Shown here piece after piece: positions 43,873 to 53,661 of a stretch of 64,000 nt of DNA (position 1 is its first letter; each line of letters starts with the position of its first letter). A program made the translations under genes and the position numbers. Source of the stretch: a bacterium. Lineage in GTDB: Bacteria > UBA8248. Where the stretch lies: positions 99,633 to 163,632 of the forward strand of contig OZ244906.1 in the NCBI GenBank assembly GCA_965221655.1, written 5' to 3'. Below the pieces are notes generated by a model. It had not been told where the DNA came from and made no database searches. It saw nothing but the letters and a program-made list of their open reading frames with translations.

Positions 43873-44976
43873 ATGAACCTCAAAAACGGGTCCCCCTCCG
43901 CCAATCCCCAGGATCGCGAGCGTCGCGACAAGGCCCTCGACATGGCCTTCAACCAGATCAACCGCCAGTTCGGCAAGGGCTCCATCATGCGTCTGGGCGA
44001 AGGCCCGGGCGTGGAGGCGATTCCGACCATCTCGACGGGCTCGGTGTCGCTCGACGCGGCACTGGGCTGCGGCGGCGTGCCGCGCGGGCGCATCGTGGAA
44101 ATATACGGCCCCGAGTCCTCGGGCAAGACGACCATCGCGCTCCAGATTATCGCCGAGGTGCAGCGCCGCGGTGGCATGGCCGCCTTCGTGGACGCCGAAC
44201 ACGCCCTGGACCCCGTCTACGCCAAGGCCCTCGGCGTACAGACGGACAACCTCATCGTCTCCCAGCCCGACACGGGAGAACAGGCCCTCGAAATCGCAGA
44301 AATTCTCACCAGCAGCGCCTCGCTGGACGTGGTCGTCATCGACTCCGTGGCCGCCCTCGTGCCCAAGGCGGAACTCGAAGGGGAGATGGGCGATCAGCAC
44401 GTGGGCCTTCAGGCGCGGCTCATGAGCCAGGCGCTTCGCAAGCTCACCGGCGTGGTGCACCGCAGCAACACGTGCTTCATCTTCATCAACCAGATTCGCA
44501 TGAAGATAGGCGTGATGTTCGGCAACCCCGAGACCACCTCGGGTGGGAACGCGCTCAAGTTCTACTCCTCCGTGCGCCTGGACGTGCGGCGCATCGCCGC
44601 CATCAAGGAGGGCGAGAACAACGTGGGCAACCGGACGCGGGTGCGCGTGGTGAAAAACAAGCTCGCTCCTCCGTTTCGCACGGCGGAGTTCGACATCATG
44701 TTCGGGCGCGGCGTCTCGAAAGAAGGAGACGTGCTCGACCTGGGCGTGGACAAGGGCATCGTCTCGAAGACGGGGGCGTGGTATTCCTTTGGCGAGGAGC
44801 GCATCGGCCAGGGGCGCGAGAACGTGAAGCGCTTCCTCAAGGAAAATCCCGATCTGTTCGGCGAAATCGACCGGCAGGTGCGCGTCGCCGTCGGCATCGG
44901 CGCACCAAAAGAGATCGAACGCTCCGAAGAATCGCCCGCGGCCCAGACGCCGCCGCAGGCCGCTGCTCCAAAATAA
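43873..44976 (+). CDS. recA: recombinase RecA
   Basis: ORF 43528..44976; ATG 43873 follows [16 protein letters not shown], Walker [48 protein letters not shown]. Confidence 0.95.
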   Translation: MNLKNGSPSANPQDRERRDKALDMAFNQINRQFGKGSIMRLGEGPGVEAIPTISTGSVSLDAALGCGGVPRGRIVEIYGPESSGKTTIALQIIAEVQRRGGMAAFVDAEHALDPVYAKALGVQTDNLIVSQPDTGEQALEIAEILTSSASLDVVVIDSVAALVPKAELEGEMGDQHVGLQARLMSQALRKLTGVVHRSNTCFIFINQIRMKIGVMFGNPETTSGGNALKFYSSVRLDVRRIAAIKEGENNVGNRTRVRVVKNKLAPPFRTAEFDIMFGRGVSKEGDVLDLGVDKGIVSKTGAWYSFGEERIGQGRENVKRFLKENPDLFGEIDRQVRVAVGIGAPKEIERSEESPAAQTPPQAAAPK

Positions 44977-45086
44977 GGCAGGGCGGGCGGACGTCCCGCG
45001 CCAGCAGGGAGGTTCCTTTTCCGGCCTGTGCCCATCGTTCGCCTGTGGGAGCATGATGCCCGCGTGCCACCGGTTCGGGAAATCTC

Positions 45087-45596
45087 ATGGACTTGCTGGA
45101 AATTCTCAAGTATCCGGCTCCCGCCCTGCGGCGAAAATGCGCCCCCCTCGAGCGCGTCACCGAGGAAATCGAACAGCTCGCCCGCGCGATGCTCGCCACC
45201 CTGCACGCCGCTCCGGGCGTGGGTCTCGCCGCCCCCCAGGTGGGGCGGAACCTCCGCCTCATCGTGGTGGATCTTTCGCTCGGCAAGAACCCGGCCCAGG
45301 CGCACGTTCTCGCAAACCCCGAAGTCGTGAGCGCCGAGGGCGAGCGCGTGGTGGAGGAGGGTTGCCTCTCGCTACCCGGCGTGAGCGAGAAGATACGCCG
45401 CCACGAAGCGGTGCGCGTGCGGGGGCGCAACTTGCAGGATGAGGAGGTGGTTCTCGACGCGCGCGGGGTACTCGCCTTCGTCTTGCAGCACGAAATCGAC
45501 CACCTCGACGGCAGGCTTATCCTGGATCATCTCAACAAGACCAAGCGCGACCTCCTGAAGCGTCGGCTGAAAAAACTTGCCCGCGCCGCTTCTTAG
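45087..45596 (+). CDS. def: peptide deformylase
   Basis: GVGLAAPQVG, EGCLSLPG, HEIDHLDG. Confidence 0.95.
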   Translation: MDLLEILKYPAPALRRKCAPLERVTEEIEQLARAMLATLHAAPGVGLAAPQVGRNLRLIVVDLSLGKNPAQAHVLANPEVVSAEGERVVEEGCLSLPGVSEKIRRHEAVRVRGRNLQDEEVVLDARGVLAFVLQHEIDHLDGRLILDHLNKTKRDLLKRRLKKLARAAS

Positions 45597-45662
45597 GAAT
45601 TTCCGCGTCCGCCGTGCTATATTCCGGCGTGCGGTGCGCGCCTTTTTTCGCGGGAGGAATGC

Positions 45663-46610
45663 ATGCGGGCGGTCTTTTTCGGCACCTCGCAATTCGCCCT
45701 GCCCGCCCTGGACGCTCTCGTGGCCTCTCCCGTAGAGGTGGCGGCGGTCTTCACCCAGCCGGACAGGCCCGCGGGCAGGGGCCGCAGGCACACGCCGCCT
45801 CCCGTCAAGACGCGCGCGCAGGAGGCGGGTTTGCCCGTCTTTCAGCCAGAGCGCATCCGTGCGGCGGACGTGGCCGCCCACGGCCCCGACGTGGGCGTCG
45901 CCGCTGCCTACGGCCAGATTCTGAGCCGCAAACTCCTCGACGCACCCCGCCACGGCGTATTGAACCTCCACCCCTCGCTTCTGCCCCGCTGGCGGGGGGC
46001 CGCTCCCATCCAGCGCGCTCTGCTGGCGGGCGACGCCGAGACGGGGGTGTGCGTGATGCGGCTGGTGCCCGCACTCGACGCCGGTCCCGTGCTGGGCAGG
46101 CGCGTGGTGCCCATCGGGCCGCGGGAGACCGCCGGCGCCCTGCACGACAAACTGGCCGCTCTGGGGGCGGAGCAGATGCTCGAGACGCTTTCGGCACTCG
46201 AGGCGGGTGCGGTGCGCGAAGAGGCGCAGGACGCATCGCTGGCGACCTATGCGGAAAAACTCGAAAAACAAGAGGCCGCGCTCGACTGGCGCCTGAGTGC
46301 ACCGCGCCTTGATTTGCTGGTTCGCGGCCTCGACCCCTGGCCCGTGGCCCGAACCCGCTGGCCGGGGATGTCGAACGGCCCCGTGCGCATCTGGCGCGCC
46401 TGGCCGGTGGAGGGAGCCTCGGGCGGGAAGCCGGGCGAGATTCTCGGTCTGGACGAGTCGCCCGAGGGGGGCGGCATCCGCGTCGCCACCGGCGCGGGCG
46501 ACCTGGTGGTTCTCGAGGTGCAGCCGCCGGGGGGGAAGAGGATGGATGCCGTCGTCTTCGCCCGGGGATATCCGTGCGCACCCGGTCTCGTTCTCGGGGA
46601 GGGCGCATGA
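45663..46610 (+). CDS. fmt: methionyl-tRNA formyltransferase
   Basis: MRAVFFGTSQFALPALDAL, NLHPSLLPRWRGAAPIQRA, and a C-terminal domain. Confidence 0.95.
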   Translation: MRAVFFGTSQFALPALDALVASPVEVAAVFTQPDRPAGRGRRHTPPPVKTRAQEAGLPVFQPERIRAADVAAHGPDVGVAAAYGQILSRKLLDAPRHGVLNLHPSLLPRWRGAAPIQRALLAGDAETGVCVMRLVPALDAGPVLGRRVVPIGPRETAGALHDKLAALGAEQMLETLSALEAGAVREEAQDASLATYAEKLEKQEAALDWRLSAPRLDLLVRGLDPWPVARTRWPGMSNGPVRIWRAWPVEGASGGKPGEILGLDESPEGGGIRVATGAGDLVVLEVQPPGGKRMDAVVFARGYPCAPGLVLGEGA

Positions 46611-47935
46611 GCAAGGCGGCGGCCGCCGCGCACCCTCCCGTGCGCCGGGCGGCGCACGCGGCCCTGGTTTCTTTCGGCAAAAAACCCGCGGCGGCGGACG
46701 TCCTGGTCGAGCGCTTCACGCCCCAAGGCGCAGACCCGCGCGACCGAGCGTTCTTGCGCGAGCTCGTCTACGGCGTTTTGCGCTGGAGGAACCGGCTGGA
46801 TTTCGTCTACGGGCGCTTCTTGCAAAAACCCGGCCTCGCGCCTCCCGTGCGCGAGGCCTTGCGGCTGGGAACCTACCAGCTCCTGTTCATGGACCGCGTC
46901 CCCGCCCACGGGGCGGTGGACGGTTGCGTCTCCTTGCTGGATCGTCCGCATCTCGCCTGGGCGCGGGGGCTGGTGAACGCCGTGCTGCGCAAGGTGGCGC
47001 AGTGCGAGGCAGCCCCGCCCGAGGGTGCGGAAGATTACCTCACGACGTGGGAGTCGCATCCGCGGTGGCTCGTGCGGCGGTGGATGCGGCGGCTGGGGGC
47101 GGAGGGTGCGCGCAGGCGCTGCCGGGCGAACAACGAGAGAGCGCGGGTGGTCTTTCGCGCCCGCGGGCGTCGCGACGCGCTGGCGGCGGAGTTGCGAAAC
47201 GAGGGTCTGGCCACGCGGGCGGGATGCGTCGATCCGGATTGTCTGGTATTTCTGCCCGAGGAGAGCGTGCCCGATGCGCGCTTGAGCGAAACCCGGGCGT
47301 ATCGCGCGGGCGGGTTCGTCGTGGTGGACGAGGCGGCGAGCCTGGTGGCGCGCTTCGCCGCGCCCCGCGCGGGGGAGCGGATTCTCGACGCCTGTGCCGC
47401 CCCCGGCGGCAAGACGGCCTGCCTCGCCTGGGCGACGGGCGAGAGCGTGGCGGCGGGCGATAAGTCGCGTCGCCGCCTGGCGCGTTTGCGCGAGAATTGT
47501 GCGCGCGTCCGCGTGGACGCGAAAACGGTGCGCATGGATGCCGCGCGCTCGCCCTTTCGTGAGGCGTTCGACCTCGTGCTCGTGGATGCGCCTTGCAGCG
47601 GGCTGGGGGTGCTCAGACGCCATCCCGACGCGCGGTGGCGCGTGGGAGAAGAAGACCTCGCTGCCCAGGCGCACCGGCAGGGCGAGATTCTGCGGGGTGC
47701 GGCCGGTGCCGTGCGGCCGGGGGGCAGGCTGGTGTACGCGGTGTGCACGAACGAGCCCGAGGAGACCGAAGACGTCGCGGCCTCGTTTCGCGCGCCCGGG
47801 TTCGTCCCGATGCGGGGGGGAGGCGCGCTGCCCGATAACGCCCGCGCTTTTCTGGGTGTGGACGGGGCGCTCCGGATTCCGCCCGAAGCGGGGATGGACG
47901 GTTTTTTCGCCGTGGGTTGGCGCAAAGAGGGATAG
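46607..47935 (+). CDS. rsmB: 16S rRNA (cytosine967-C5)-methyltransferase RsmB/Sun
   Basis: ATG 46607 overlaps the fmt stop (ATGA). NusB-like N-terminus. DACAAPGGKT, DAPCSGLGVLRRHPD, YAVCTNEPEE. Confidence 0.9.
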   Translation: MSKAAAAAHPPVRRAAHAALVSFGKKPAAADVLVERFTPQGADPRDRAFLRELVYGVLRWRNRLDFVYGRFLQKPGLAPPVREALRLGTYQLLFMDRVPAHGAVDGCVSLLDRPHLAWARGLVNAVLRKVAQCEAAPPEGAEDYLTTWESHPRWLVRRWMRRLGAEGARRRCRANNERARVVFRARGRRDALAAELRNEGLATRAGCVDPDCLVFLPEESVPDARLSETRAYRAGGFVVVDEAASLVARFAAPRAGERILDACAAPGGKTACLAWATGESVAAGDKSRRRLARLRENCARVRVDAKTVRMDAARSPFREAFDLVLVDAPCSGLGVLRRHPDARWRVGEEDLAAQAHRQGEILRGAAGAVRPGGRLVYAVCTNEPEETEDVAASFRAPGFVPMRGGGALPDNARAFLGVDGALRIPPEAGMDGFFAVGWRKEG

Positions 47936-47938
47936 CAA

Positions 47939-48877
47939 GTGTTGCGCAAGATGCTGAATGGGTTTTTCTGGGCGGTGGTGCTCGTTGCCGTGGGCGGTGC
48001 GGCAGGCGCTGCGGGACTCTACCTCTTTCGGGGGGGAGAGGGCGTCTTCCTGCCCCAGGTGGCCGGGCTGAACGTGGTGCGCGCGGTGGAGTTGCTGGGA
48101 GAGAGAGGAATTCCCATGCAGGTGGACGCGCACGTGTTCAGCGACGCCGTTCCCGTGAACCACGTCGTACGGCAAACGCCCCCCGGCGGACGGAGAATCC
48201 GCAAGGGGAGAATCGTGCTGCTCGCCCTGAGCCGCGGCCCGCGCGACGTGGCGGTGCCCAGAGTGCTCGGCCAGCACTTAAACCGCGCAGATACGCTCAT
48301 CCGCCTCAAGGGCTTGCGCGTGCGCCTGGTGGAGCGGCTCTACGACACCAGGCGGCCTATCGACGAGGTGGTGGGCGTGTGGCCCGGGGAGGGCGAGAAC
48401 ATCCGGCGCGGGGAGGGCGTGGTGCTCGTCGTCAGCCAGGGCGCGCGGGATCGCGCCTACGTCATGCCTTCGCTCATCGGCGAACCCGTCAACCGCGCAC
48501 TCGATCGGGTGCGCGCCCTGGGGCTTGCGGTCGGGCGCGTGCGCTACGTGGATCGCCCCGGCTCGCTGCGAGGCTCCATCGTCTCGCAGATACCTCCGCT
48601 CGGGCAGCGTGTTCTGGCGGGCCAGCGCGTGCACGTGGACGTGGCGCGCGGGGCGGACCAGATGGAGGGCAACTTTATCGTCCTGCGCTACCGCGTACCG
48701 CCCGGAAAACCGAGCCGCACCTTGCGCGTCGAGGTGGAATCGGGTGGCGAGACACGCGAGGAGCTCGCGCGCGAGGCGCGCGCGGGCGAGGAGATTCACC
48801 TGCTCGTGCGGGTGCAGGGCGCGGCGCGCGCGCGCATATTTCTGGACGGCCTTCTGGTCGAGGAACGCATGCATTAG
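47939..48877 (+). CDS. membrane-anchored protein with three PASTA domains, no kinase domain
   Basis: GTG 47939 (ATG 47951 is an alternative). TM helix FFWAVVLVAVGGAAGAAGLYLF. Three ~65-aa PASTA-like repeats beginning LPQVAGLNVVRAVELL, VAVPRVLGQHLNRADTLI and YVMPSLIGEPVNRALDRV. An extra ~75-aa C-terminal domain. Confidence 0.8.
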   Translation: MLRKMLNGFFWAVVLVAVGGAAGAAGLYLFRGGEGVFLPQVAGLNVVRAVELLGERGIPMQVDAHVFSDAVPVNHVVRQTPPGGRRIRKGRIVLLALSRGPRDVAVPRVLGQHLNRADTLIRLKGLRVRLVERLYDTRRPIDEVVGVWPGEGENIRRGEGVVLVVSQGARDRAYVMPSLIGEPVNRALDRVRALGLAVGRVRYVDRPGSLRGSIVSQIPPLGQRVLAGQRVHVDVARGADQMEGNFIVLRYRVPPGKPSRTLRVEVESGGETREELAREARAGEEIHLLVRVQGAARARIFLDGLLVEERMH

Positions 48878-48889
48878 GGAGAAACACGA

Positions 48890-49576
48890 ATGCCCAGGCC
48901 CGACATGACGCGCGGGAGGATTCGCGTGGCGCCCTCGCTGCTCTCCTGCGCTTTCGAAAGGATGGCGGAGGAGATAGCGGCGGTGCGCGCGGCGGGGGCG
49001 GACTGGCTGCACGTCGACGTGATGGACGGCCACTTCGTGCCGAACATCTCCGTGGGGCCGCTGGCCGTGGAAGCCGCGAGAAGAGCCGCACCCGACGCCG
49101 TGCTCGACGTGCACCTGATGATTGCGGACCCGGATCGCTACGTCGATGCCTTTGCGGAGGCGGGGGCGGACGTGCTGACCGTCCACGTGGAAGCCCCGCG
49201 CCACGTCCACCGCACGCTCGACAGCATACGCACGCACGGCATGGGAGTGGGGTTGACGCTCAACCCGGGTACGCCGCTCTCCCACGTCGAGGACTTGCTC
49301 GCGGAAGTGGACATGGTGCTCGTCATGAGCGTGAACCCGGGTTTCGGCGGCCAGGCGTTCATTCCCTCCGCACTTGAGCGCATCCGGCGGCTTCGGACGG
49401 CGATCGACGCCCGGGGGCTTTCCGTCCTCATCGAGGTGGACGGGGGCGTGAACGCCGAAAACGCGGGCGAAGTGCGCGCGGCGGGTGCGGAAGTACTCGT
49501 CGCGGGCTCTGCTGTGTTCGGCTCTCCGGACTACGCGGAGGCGATACGCGCCATCCGGGGCGGGGGGTGCGGTTGA
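48890..49576 (+). CDS. rpe: ribulose-phosphate 3-epimerase
   Basis: APSLLSCAF, LHVDVMDGHFVPN, MSVNPGFGGQAF, VDGGV. Confidence 0.95.
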   Translation: MPRPDMTRGRIRVAPSLLSCAFERMAEEIAAVRAAGADWLHVDVMDGHFVPNISVGPLAVEAARRAAPDAVLDVHLMIADPDRYVDAFAEAGADVLTVHVEAPRHVHRTLDSIRTHGMGVGLTLNPGTPLSHVEDLLAEVDMVLVMSVNPGFGGQAFIPSALERIRRLRTAIDARGLSVLIEVDGGVNAENAGEVRAAGAEVLVAGSAVFGSPDYAEAIRAIRGGGCG

Positions 49577-49671
49577 CCCCTCCGCACAAAATCCTTATAA
49601 GTTGACTCTCCCGCGCGGAGTTTCGAGGGGAACGTCTAAAAGTATTGAATATCAATTAGTTGGGACACGCG

Positions 49672-51006
49672 ATGTTCGACGGCTTGAAAGAGCGGCTGAG
49701 CGGCATCTTCAAGGAATTGAGAAGCCGCGGCGTTTTGGGCGAAAAACAGGTCGACGCCGCACTGCGCGAGATTCGCCTCGCCTTGCTCGAAGCCGACGTG
49801 AACTTTCGCGTCGTGAAGGACCTGGTGGCGAAGATTCGCGCCGACCTGGTGGGGGCGGAGAGCCTCGCCCACCTCGATCCCTCCCAGCAGGTCGTCAAGG
49901 CGGTGCAGGCGCGCCTCACCGAACTCATGGGGGGCAAGGGTGCGCCGCTCGCGCGCGCGGCAAGCGGCCTCACCACCGTGATGCTGGTCGGCCTTCAGGG
50001 GTCGGGCAAGACGACAACGGCGGGCAAGCTCGCTCTCAGGCTCAAGGGCAGGGGGCTGCGTGTTTTGCTCGTGCCCGCCGACGTGGCGCGCCCCGCGGCC
50101 ATCACCCAGCTCGAACGCCTCGCCGAGCAGACGGGTGCGGACGCCTTCGACACCCACGGGGTTTCGAATCCGGTGGAGATCGTCCGTCTTGCGGTGGAAA
50201 GGGCGCGCCGCGAACACTACGACTACTGCGTGGTGGACAGTGCGGGCAGGCTGCACGTCGACGACGCGTTGATGGACGAACTCGCGCGGATGAAAGAAGC
50301 GGCCCGGCCCGATGAGGCCCTTTTGGTCGCGGACGCCATGACGGGCCAGGAGGCCGTGAACCTCGGGAGGGCATTCGCCGAGCGCATCGGCATCACGGGC
50401 GTTGTGCTCACGAAGCTCGACGGTGACGCGCGGGGCGGCGGCGCCCTCTCGTTGCGTGCGGTGACGGGCGTGCCCGTCAAGATGGTCGGCGTGGGCGAGA
50501 AGCTCGACGCACTCGAGGAGTTTCATCCCGAGCGCATGGCCTCGCGCATTCTGGGGATGGGCGACGTCCTCTCCCTGATCGAGAAGGCCGAGGCCGCCGT
50601 CTCTGCCGCCGACGCGCAGGCGATGGCGGAATCCCTCGGCAAGGGGGCGTTCACGCTGGCGACGATGCGCGAGCAGATTCTCCAGATGCGCAAGATGGGT
50701 TCGATGAGCGACGTGCTCTCCATGGTTCCGGGCTTGGGCAACAAAATGGCCGACGTGGACCTGGACGAGCGCGAGCTTGGCCGCACGGTCGCCATCATCG
50801 ATTCGATGACGCCCGCCGAGCGGGTGAAGCCCGACATCATCAAGGGCAGCCGCCGCAGGCGCATCGCCGCGGGCAGCGGCACCCGGGTGCAGGACGTAAA
50901 CAGGCTGCTCAAGCAATTCACGCAGACGCAGAAGCTGATGAAGCAGTTTTCCAAAGGTGGCAAGAAAAAGCAGATGCAGAGAATGCGTCAGATGCTCAAC
51001 TTTTAG
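49672..51006 (+). CDS. ffh: signal recognition particle protein Ffh
   Basis: MFDGLKERLSGIFKELR, GLQGSGKTTTAGKLA, DSAGRLHVD, TKLDGDARGG, and a Met-rich M domain. Confidence 0.95.
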   Translation: MFDGLKERLSGIFKELRSRGVLGEKQVDAALREIRLALLEADVNFRVVKDLVAKIRADLVGAESLAHLDPSQQVVKAVQARLTELMGGKGAPLARAASGLTTVMLVGLQGSGKTTTAGKLALRLKGRGLRVLLVPADVARPAAITQLERLAEQTGADAFDTHGVSNPVEIVRLAVERARREHYDYCVVDSAGRLHVDDALMDELARMKEAARPDEALLVADAMTGQEAVNLGRAFAERIGITGVVLTKLDGDARGGGALSLRAVTGVPVKMVGVGEKLDALEEFHPERMASRILGMGDVLSLIEKAEAAVSAADAQAMAESLGKGAFTLATMREQILQMRKMGSMSDVLSMVPGLGNKMADVDLDERELGRTVAIIDSMTPAERVKPDIIKGSRRRRIAAGSGTRVQDVNRLLKQFTQTQKLMKQFSKGGKKKQMQRMRQMLNF

Positions 51007-51017
51007 GGAGAGAGACA

Positions 51018-51263
51018 TTGAGCGTAAAGATCAGACTTGCCCGGGGCGGCATGAAGAAGGCGCCGCGCTACCGCGTCGTCGTGCAGGACGAGCGGATGCC
51101 GCGCGACGGCCGCTTCATCGAGAGCATCGGCCGCTACGATCCCTCGCAGGACCCCGCTTTTGTCGCCATCGACCTGGACAAGGCCCGGGCGTGGATCGGC
51201 AAGGGCGCGATTCCGACCCGCACGGTCCGCAACCTGCTCGATAGGGCGGGCATCAACGATTAG
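51018..51263 (+). CDS. rpsP: 30S ribosomal protein S16
   Basis: TTG start. SVKIRLARGGMKKAPRYRVVVQDERMPRDGRFIE. Confidence 0.9.
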   Translation: MSVKIRLARGGMKKAPRYRVVVQDERMPRDGRFIESIGRYDPSQDPAFVAIDLDKARAWIGKGAIPTRTVRNLLDRAGIND

Positions 51264-51272
51264 GAACCCCCC

Positions 51273-51779
51273 GTGAGCGCAAAGGTGGCCGTGGGCGTCG
51301 CGCTGAGACCCCACGGCCTCAAAGGCGCCGTTCGGGTGGAGCCCTGGCTCGAGGACGCGCAGGCGTACGGGCGCATCGCCGAGGTCGTCTCCCGCGAGGA
51401 GCCAGCCAAACGCTTCGAGGTCGAATCCTTCCGCCTGGGCGGCAAGGGTGTCGTCGTCTGGAAGTTCAAGGGAATCGGAACCCCCGAGGGTGCTGAGGCG
51501 TTGCGGGGGACGGTGTTCCTGGCGGACAGAAAGTTTCTCGACGGCTCCCGAGAGGGGGTGCTCTACTTCGAGGACTTCGAGGGCTGCGACGTGCTGGACG
51601 AAGAAGGCCGCCTCCTCGGCCGGGTGGTGGACATGTTCGGCGCAGGCGGCAACGACGTCATCTCCATCCGCACGCCCGAGGGCGGGGAGTTGCTCGTGCC
51701 CGCCACGCGCGAGGCGGTGCTGCGGCGCGAGGGGGGGTGCTGGATTTTTCGACCCCCTGCGTTTTATGACGAGGATTGA
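51273..51779 (+). CDS. rimM: 16S rRNA processing protein RimM
   Basis: GTG start. VAVGVALRPHGLKGAVRVEPW... with a PRC-barrel C-terminus (GRVVDMFGAGGNDVISI). Confidence 0.9.
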   Translation: MSAKVAVGVALRPHGLKGAVRVEPWLEDAQAYGRIAEVVSREEPAKRFEVESFRLGGKGVVVWKFKGIGTPEGAEALRGTVFLADRKFLDGSREGVLYFEDFEGCDVLDEEGRLLGRVVDMFGAGGNDVISIRTPEGGELLVPATREAVLRREGGCWIFRPPAFYDED

Positions 51780-51793
51780 GGAGTTCGCCGCCC

Positions 51794-52537
51794 ATGCGCT
51801 TTGACGTGCTTTCCGTGCTCCCCCGCATGGTGGACGAAGCGTTTCGTGAGGGCGTCGTGGGCCGCGCGGCGCAAAGGGGGCTTATCGAGCTTAAGGTCTG
51901 GAATCTGCGCGATTTCGCCGAGGGCAAATATCGCCAGACCGACGACGCTCCCTTCGGCGGCGGGGCGGGGATGGTGATGAAGCCCGAACCCATCGTCCGC
52001 GCCGTTCGGGCGATTGCACAAGAGAGCGACGCCGTCCCGCTGCGGGTGCTGCTCACCCCCCAGGGGCGGCTGTTCGACCAGAACACGGCGCGGCGGTTCG
52101 CGCGCTCCCCGCGGCTCCTGCTCATCTGCGGGCGCTACGAGGGGGTGGACGAACGGGTGAGCGAACTCTGCGTGGATGAGGAGATATCCGTCGGCGACTA
52201 CGTGCTCTCGGGAGGGGAAGTTCCGGCCATGTTGGTGATGGACGCGGTCGGCAGGCTCGTACCCGGCGTCCTGGGCAACGAGGTTTCTGCGGAGGAGGAC
52301 AGCTTCGCGGGTGGTTTGCTCGATCATCCCCACTACACGCGCCCCGCGGAGTTTGAGGGAATCCACGCGCCCGAGGTGCTGCTCTCGGGGGACCACGAGG
52401 CGATTCGGCTCTGGCGCAGGCGCGCGGCACTCGAGAGAACGCGCGCGCGGCGGGCGGACTTGTTCGATCGCGCCCGGTTGAGCGAGGAGGACGCGCGGCT
52501 GCTCGAATCCGTTCGGGCGCAGGAAAACCCCGGGTAG
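51794..52537 (+). CDS. trmD: tRNA (guanine37-N1)-methyltransferase
   Basis: MRFDVLSVLPRMV, DDAPFGGGAGMVMKPEP, CGRYEGVDERV, SVGDYVLSGGE. Confidence 0.95.
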   Translation: MRFDVLSVLPRMVDEAFREGVVGRAAQRGLIELKVWNLRDFAEGKYRQTDDAPFGGGAGMVMKPEPIVRAVRAIAQESDAVPLRVLLTPQGRLFDQNTARRFARSPRLLLICGRYEGVDERVSELCVDEEISVGDYVLSGGEVPAMLVMDAVGRLVPGVLGNEVSAEEDSFAGGLLDHPHYTRPAEFEGIHAPEVLLSGDHEAIRLWRRRAALERTRARRADLFDRARLSEEDARLLESVRAQENPG

Positions 52538-53109
52538 TGGGCAGCGTCTACCTCGCACTGGTGCACCACCCCGTGCTGAATCGCGCGGGCGGCGTCGTGA
52601 CCTCTTCGGTCACGAGCCTCGATTTGCACGATCTCGCCCGCGTGGGCCGCACCTATGGAATCGCGGGCGTATTTGTGGTACACCCTTCTCCTGCCCAGCG
52701 GGCCTTCGTCGCGCGGGTGGTAGGGCATTTCGTCGAGGGTCCGGGGCGCAGGCTCCACCCCCAGCGAGGCGAGACGCTGGAGTTTCTCGAAGTTCTGCCC
52801 TCGCTCGACGCCCTGGTGGAGGAGGTGGAGCGCACAGAGGGGAAAAGACCGCGCCTCGTGGCCACGACGGCCAGACCCACCCCGGACGCCGTGGGCTACG
52901 AGGAGGCGCGCCGCGCACTCGGGCAGGGTGCGGAGCCTTTCGTCGTGCTGTTCGGCACGAGTTGGGGGCTGGCACAGGAGGTGCTCGCGCGGTGCGAGAT
53001 GGTGCTCGCACCCGTGCGGGCGCAAGCCGATACGGGGTTTAACCACCTTTCGGTGCGCGGCGCGGCGGCAATTGTGGTGGATCGCATTCTCGGTGAGAGG
53101 CGCGCTTGA
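52537..53109 (+). CDS. predicted SPOUT-like RNA methyltransferase (Methyltrn_RNA_4-like) between trmD and rplS
   Basis: GTG 52537 overlaps the trmD stop (TAGTG). [40 protein letters not shown]..., ending in [16 protein letters not shown]. The family call is from memory of this conserved trmD-neighbour family. Confidence 0.6.
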   Translation: MGSVYLALVHHPVLNRAGGVVTSSVTSLDLHDLARVGRTYGIAGVFVVHPSPAQRAFVARVVGHFVEGPGRRLHPQRGETLEFLEVLPSLDALVEEVERTEGKRPRLVATTARPTPDAVGYEEARRALGQGAEPFVVLFGTSWGLAQEVLARCEMVLAPVRAQADTGFNHLSVRGAAAIVVDRILGERRA

Positions 53110-53152
53110 GCGCGCGCCGGACGATATTTTGCAGAGGAAAAGGAGTGGGCAG

Positions 53153-53500
53153 GTGAACATCATCGACAGAATTGAGCGCGAGGGCATGCGCAAGGACGTC
53201 CCCGATTTTGACCCGGGCGACACGGTGCGCGTCCACGTGAAGATAGTCGAGGGCGACAAGGAGCGCATCCAGGTCTTTGAGGGCGTCGTCATCGGCAGGC
53301 AGGGCGGGGGACTCAGGGAGCGCTTCCGCGTGCGCAAGCTCTCCTACGGCATCGGGGTGGAGCGCATTTTCCCGGTGCACTCTCCGCGTATCGACCGGAT
53401 AGAGGTCACCCGCAAGGGCCGCGTGCGCCGCGCGAAGCTCTACTACCTGCGCGACCGCAAGGGCAAGGCGGCCCAGGTCAAGGAGCGCCGCTGGCGGTAG
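53153..53500 (+). CDS. rplS: 50S ribosomal protein L19
   Basis: GTG 53153, 7 nt after [54 protein letters not shown]. Confidence 0.9.
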   Translation: MNIIDRIEREGMRKDVPDFDPGDTVRVHVKIVEGDKERIQVFEGVVIGRQGGGLRERFRVRKLSYGIGVERIFPVHSPRIDRIEVTRKGRVRRAKLYYLRDRKGKAAQVKERRWR

Positions 53501-53514
53501 GTGCGTATTTTTCG

Positions 53515-53550
53515 AAAAAGAGGCCCGGGCGCTTGCCCCGGGTCTTTTTT
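53515..53550. terminator. bidirectional rho-independent terminator (rplS / convergent hydrolase)
   Basis: A-tract (53515-19), a stem in which AGGCCCGGG (53521-29) pairs with CCCGGGTCT (53537-45), then a T-tract to 53550. Confidence 0.75.
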
Positions 53551-53661
53551 GTTTGCGCAGCGGATCCCTCGCATTGTGAGATCGTTTACGACGGGCGCGA
53601 AAGGTTGCTCCGGCGTTTGTTGCTGGATTGCGTTCGGAGTGTGCACCCCGTTGCGGTTTGA

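Noticed and set aside
53508-53519. Perfect palindrome TTTTTCGAAAAA after rplS, superficially similar to the recA-upstream element.
   Set aside because: Its A-run is the upstream A-tract of a bidirectional terminator (A-tract, GC stem, T-tract at 53515-53550). That explains it without invoking a shared regulatory motif.
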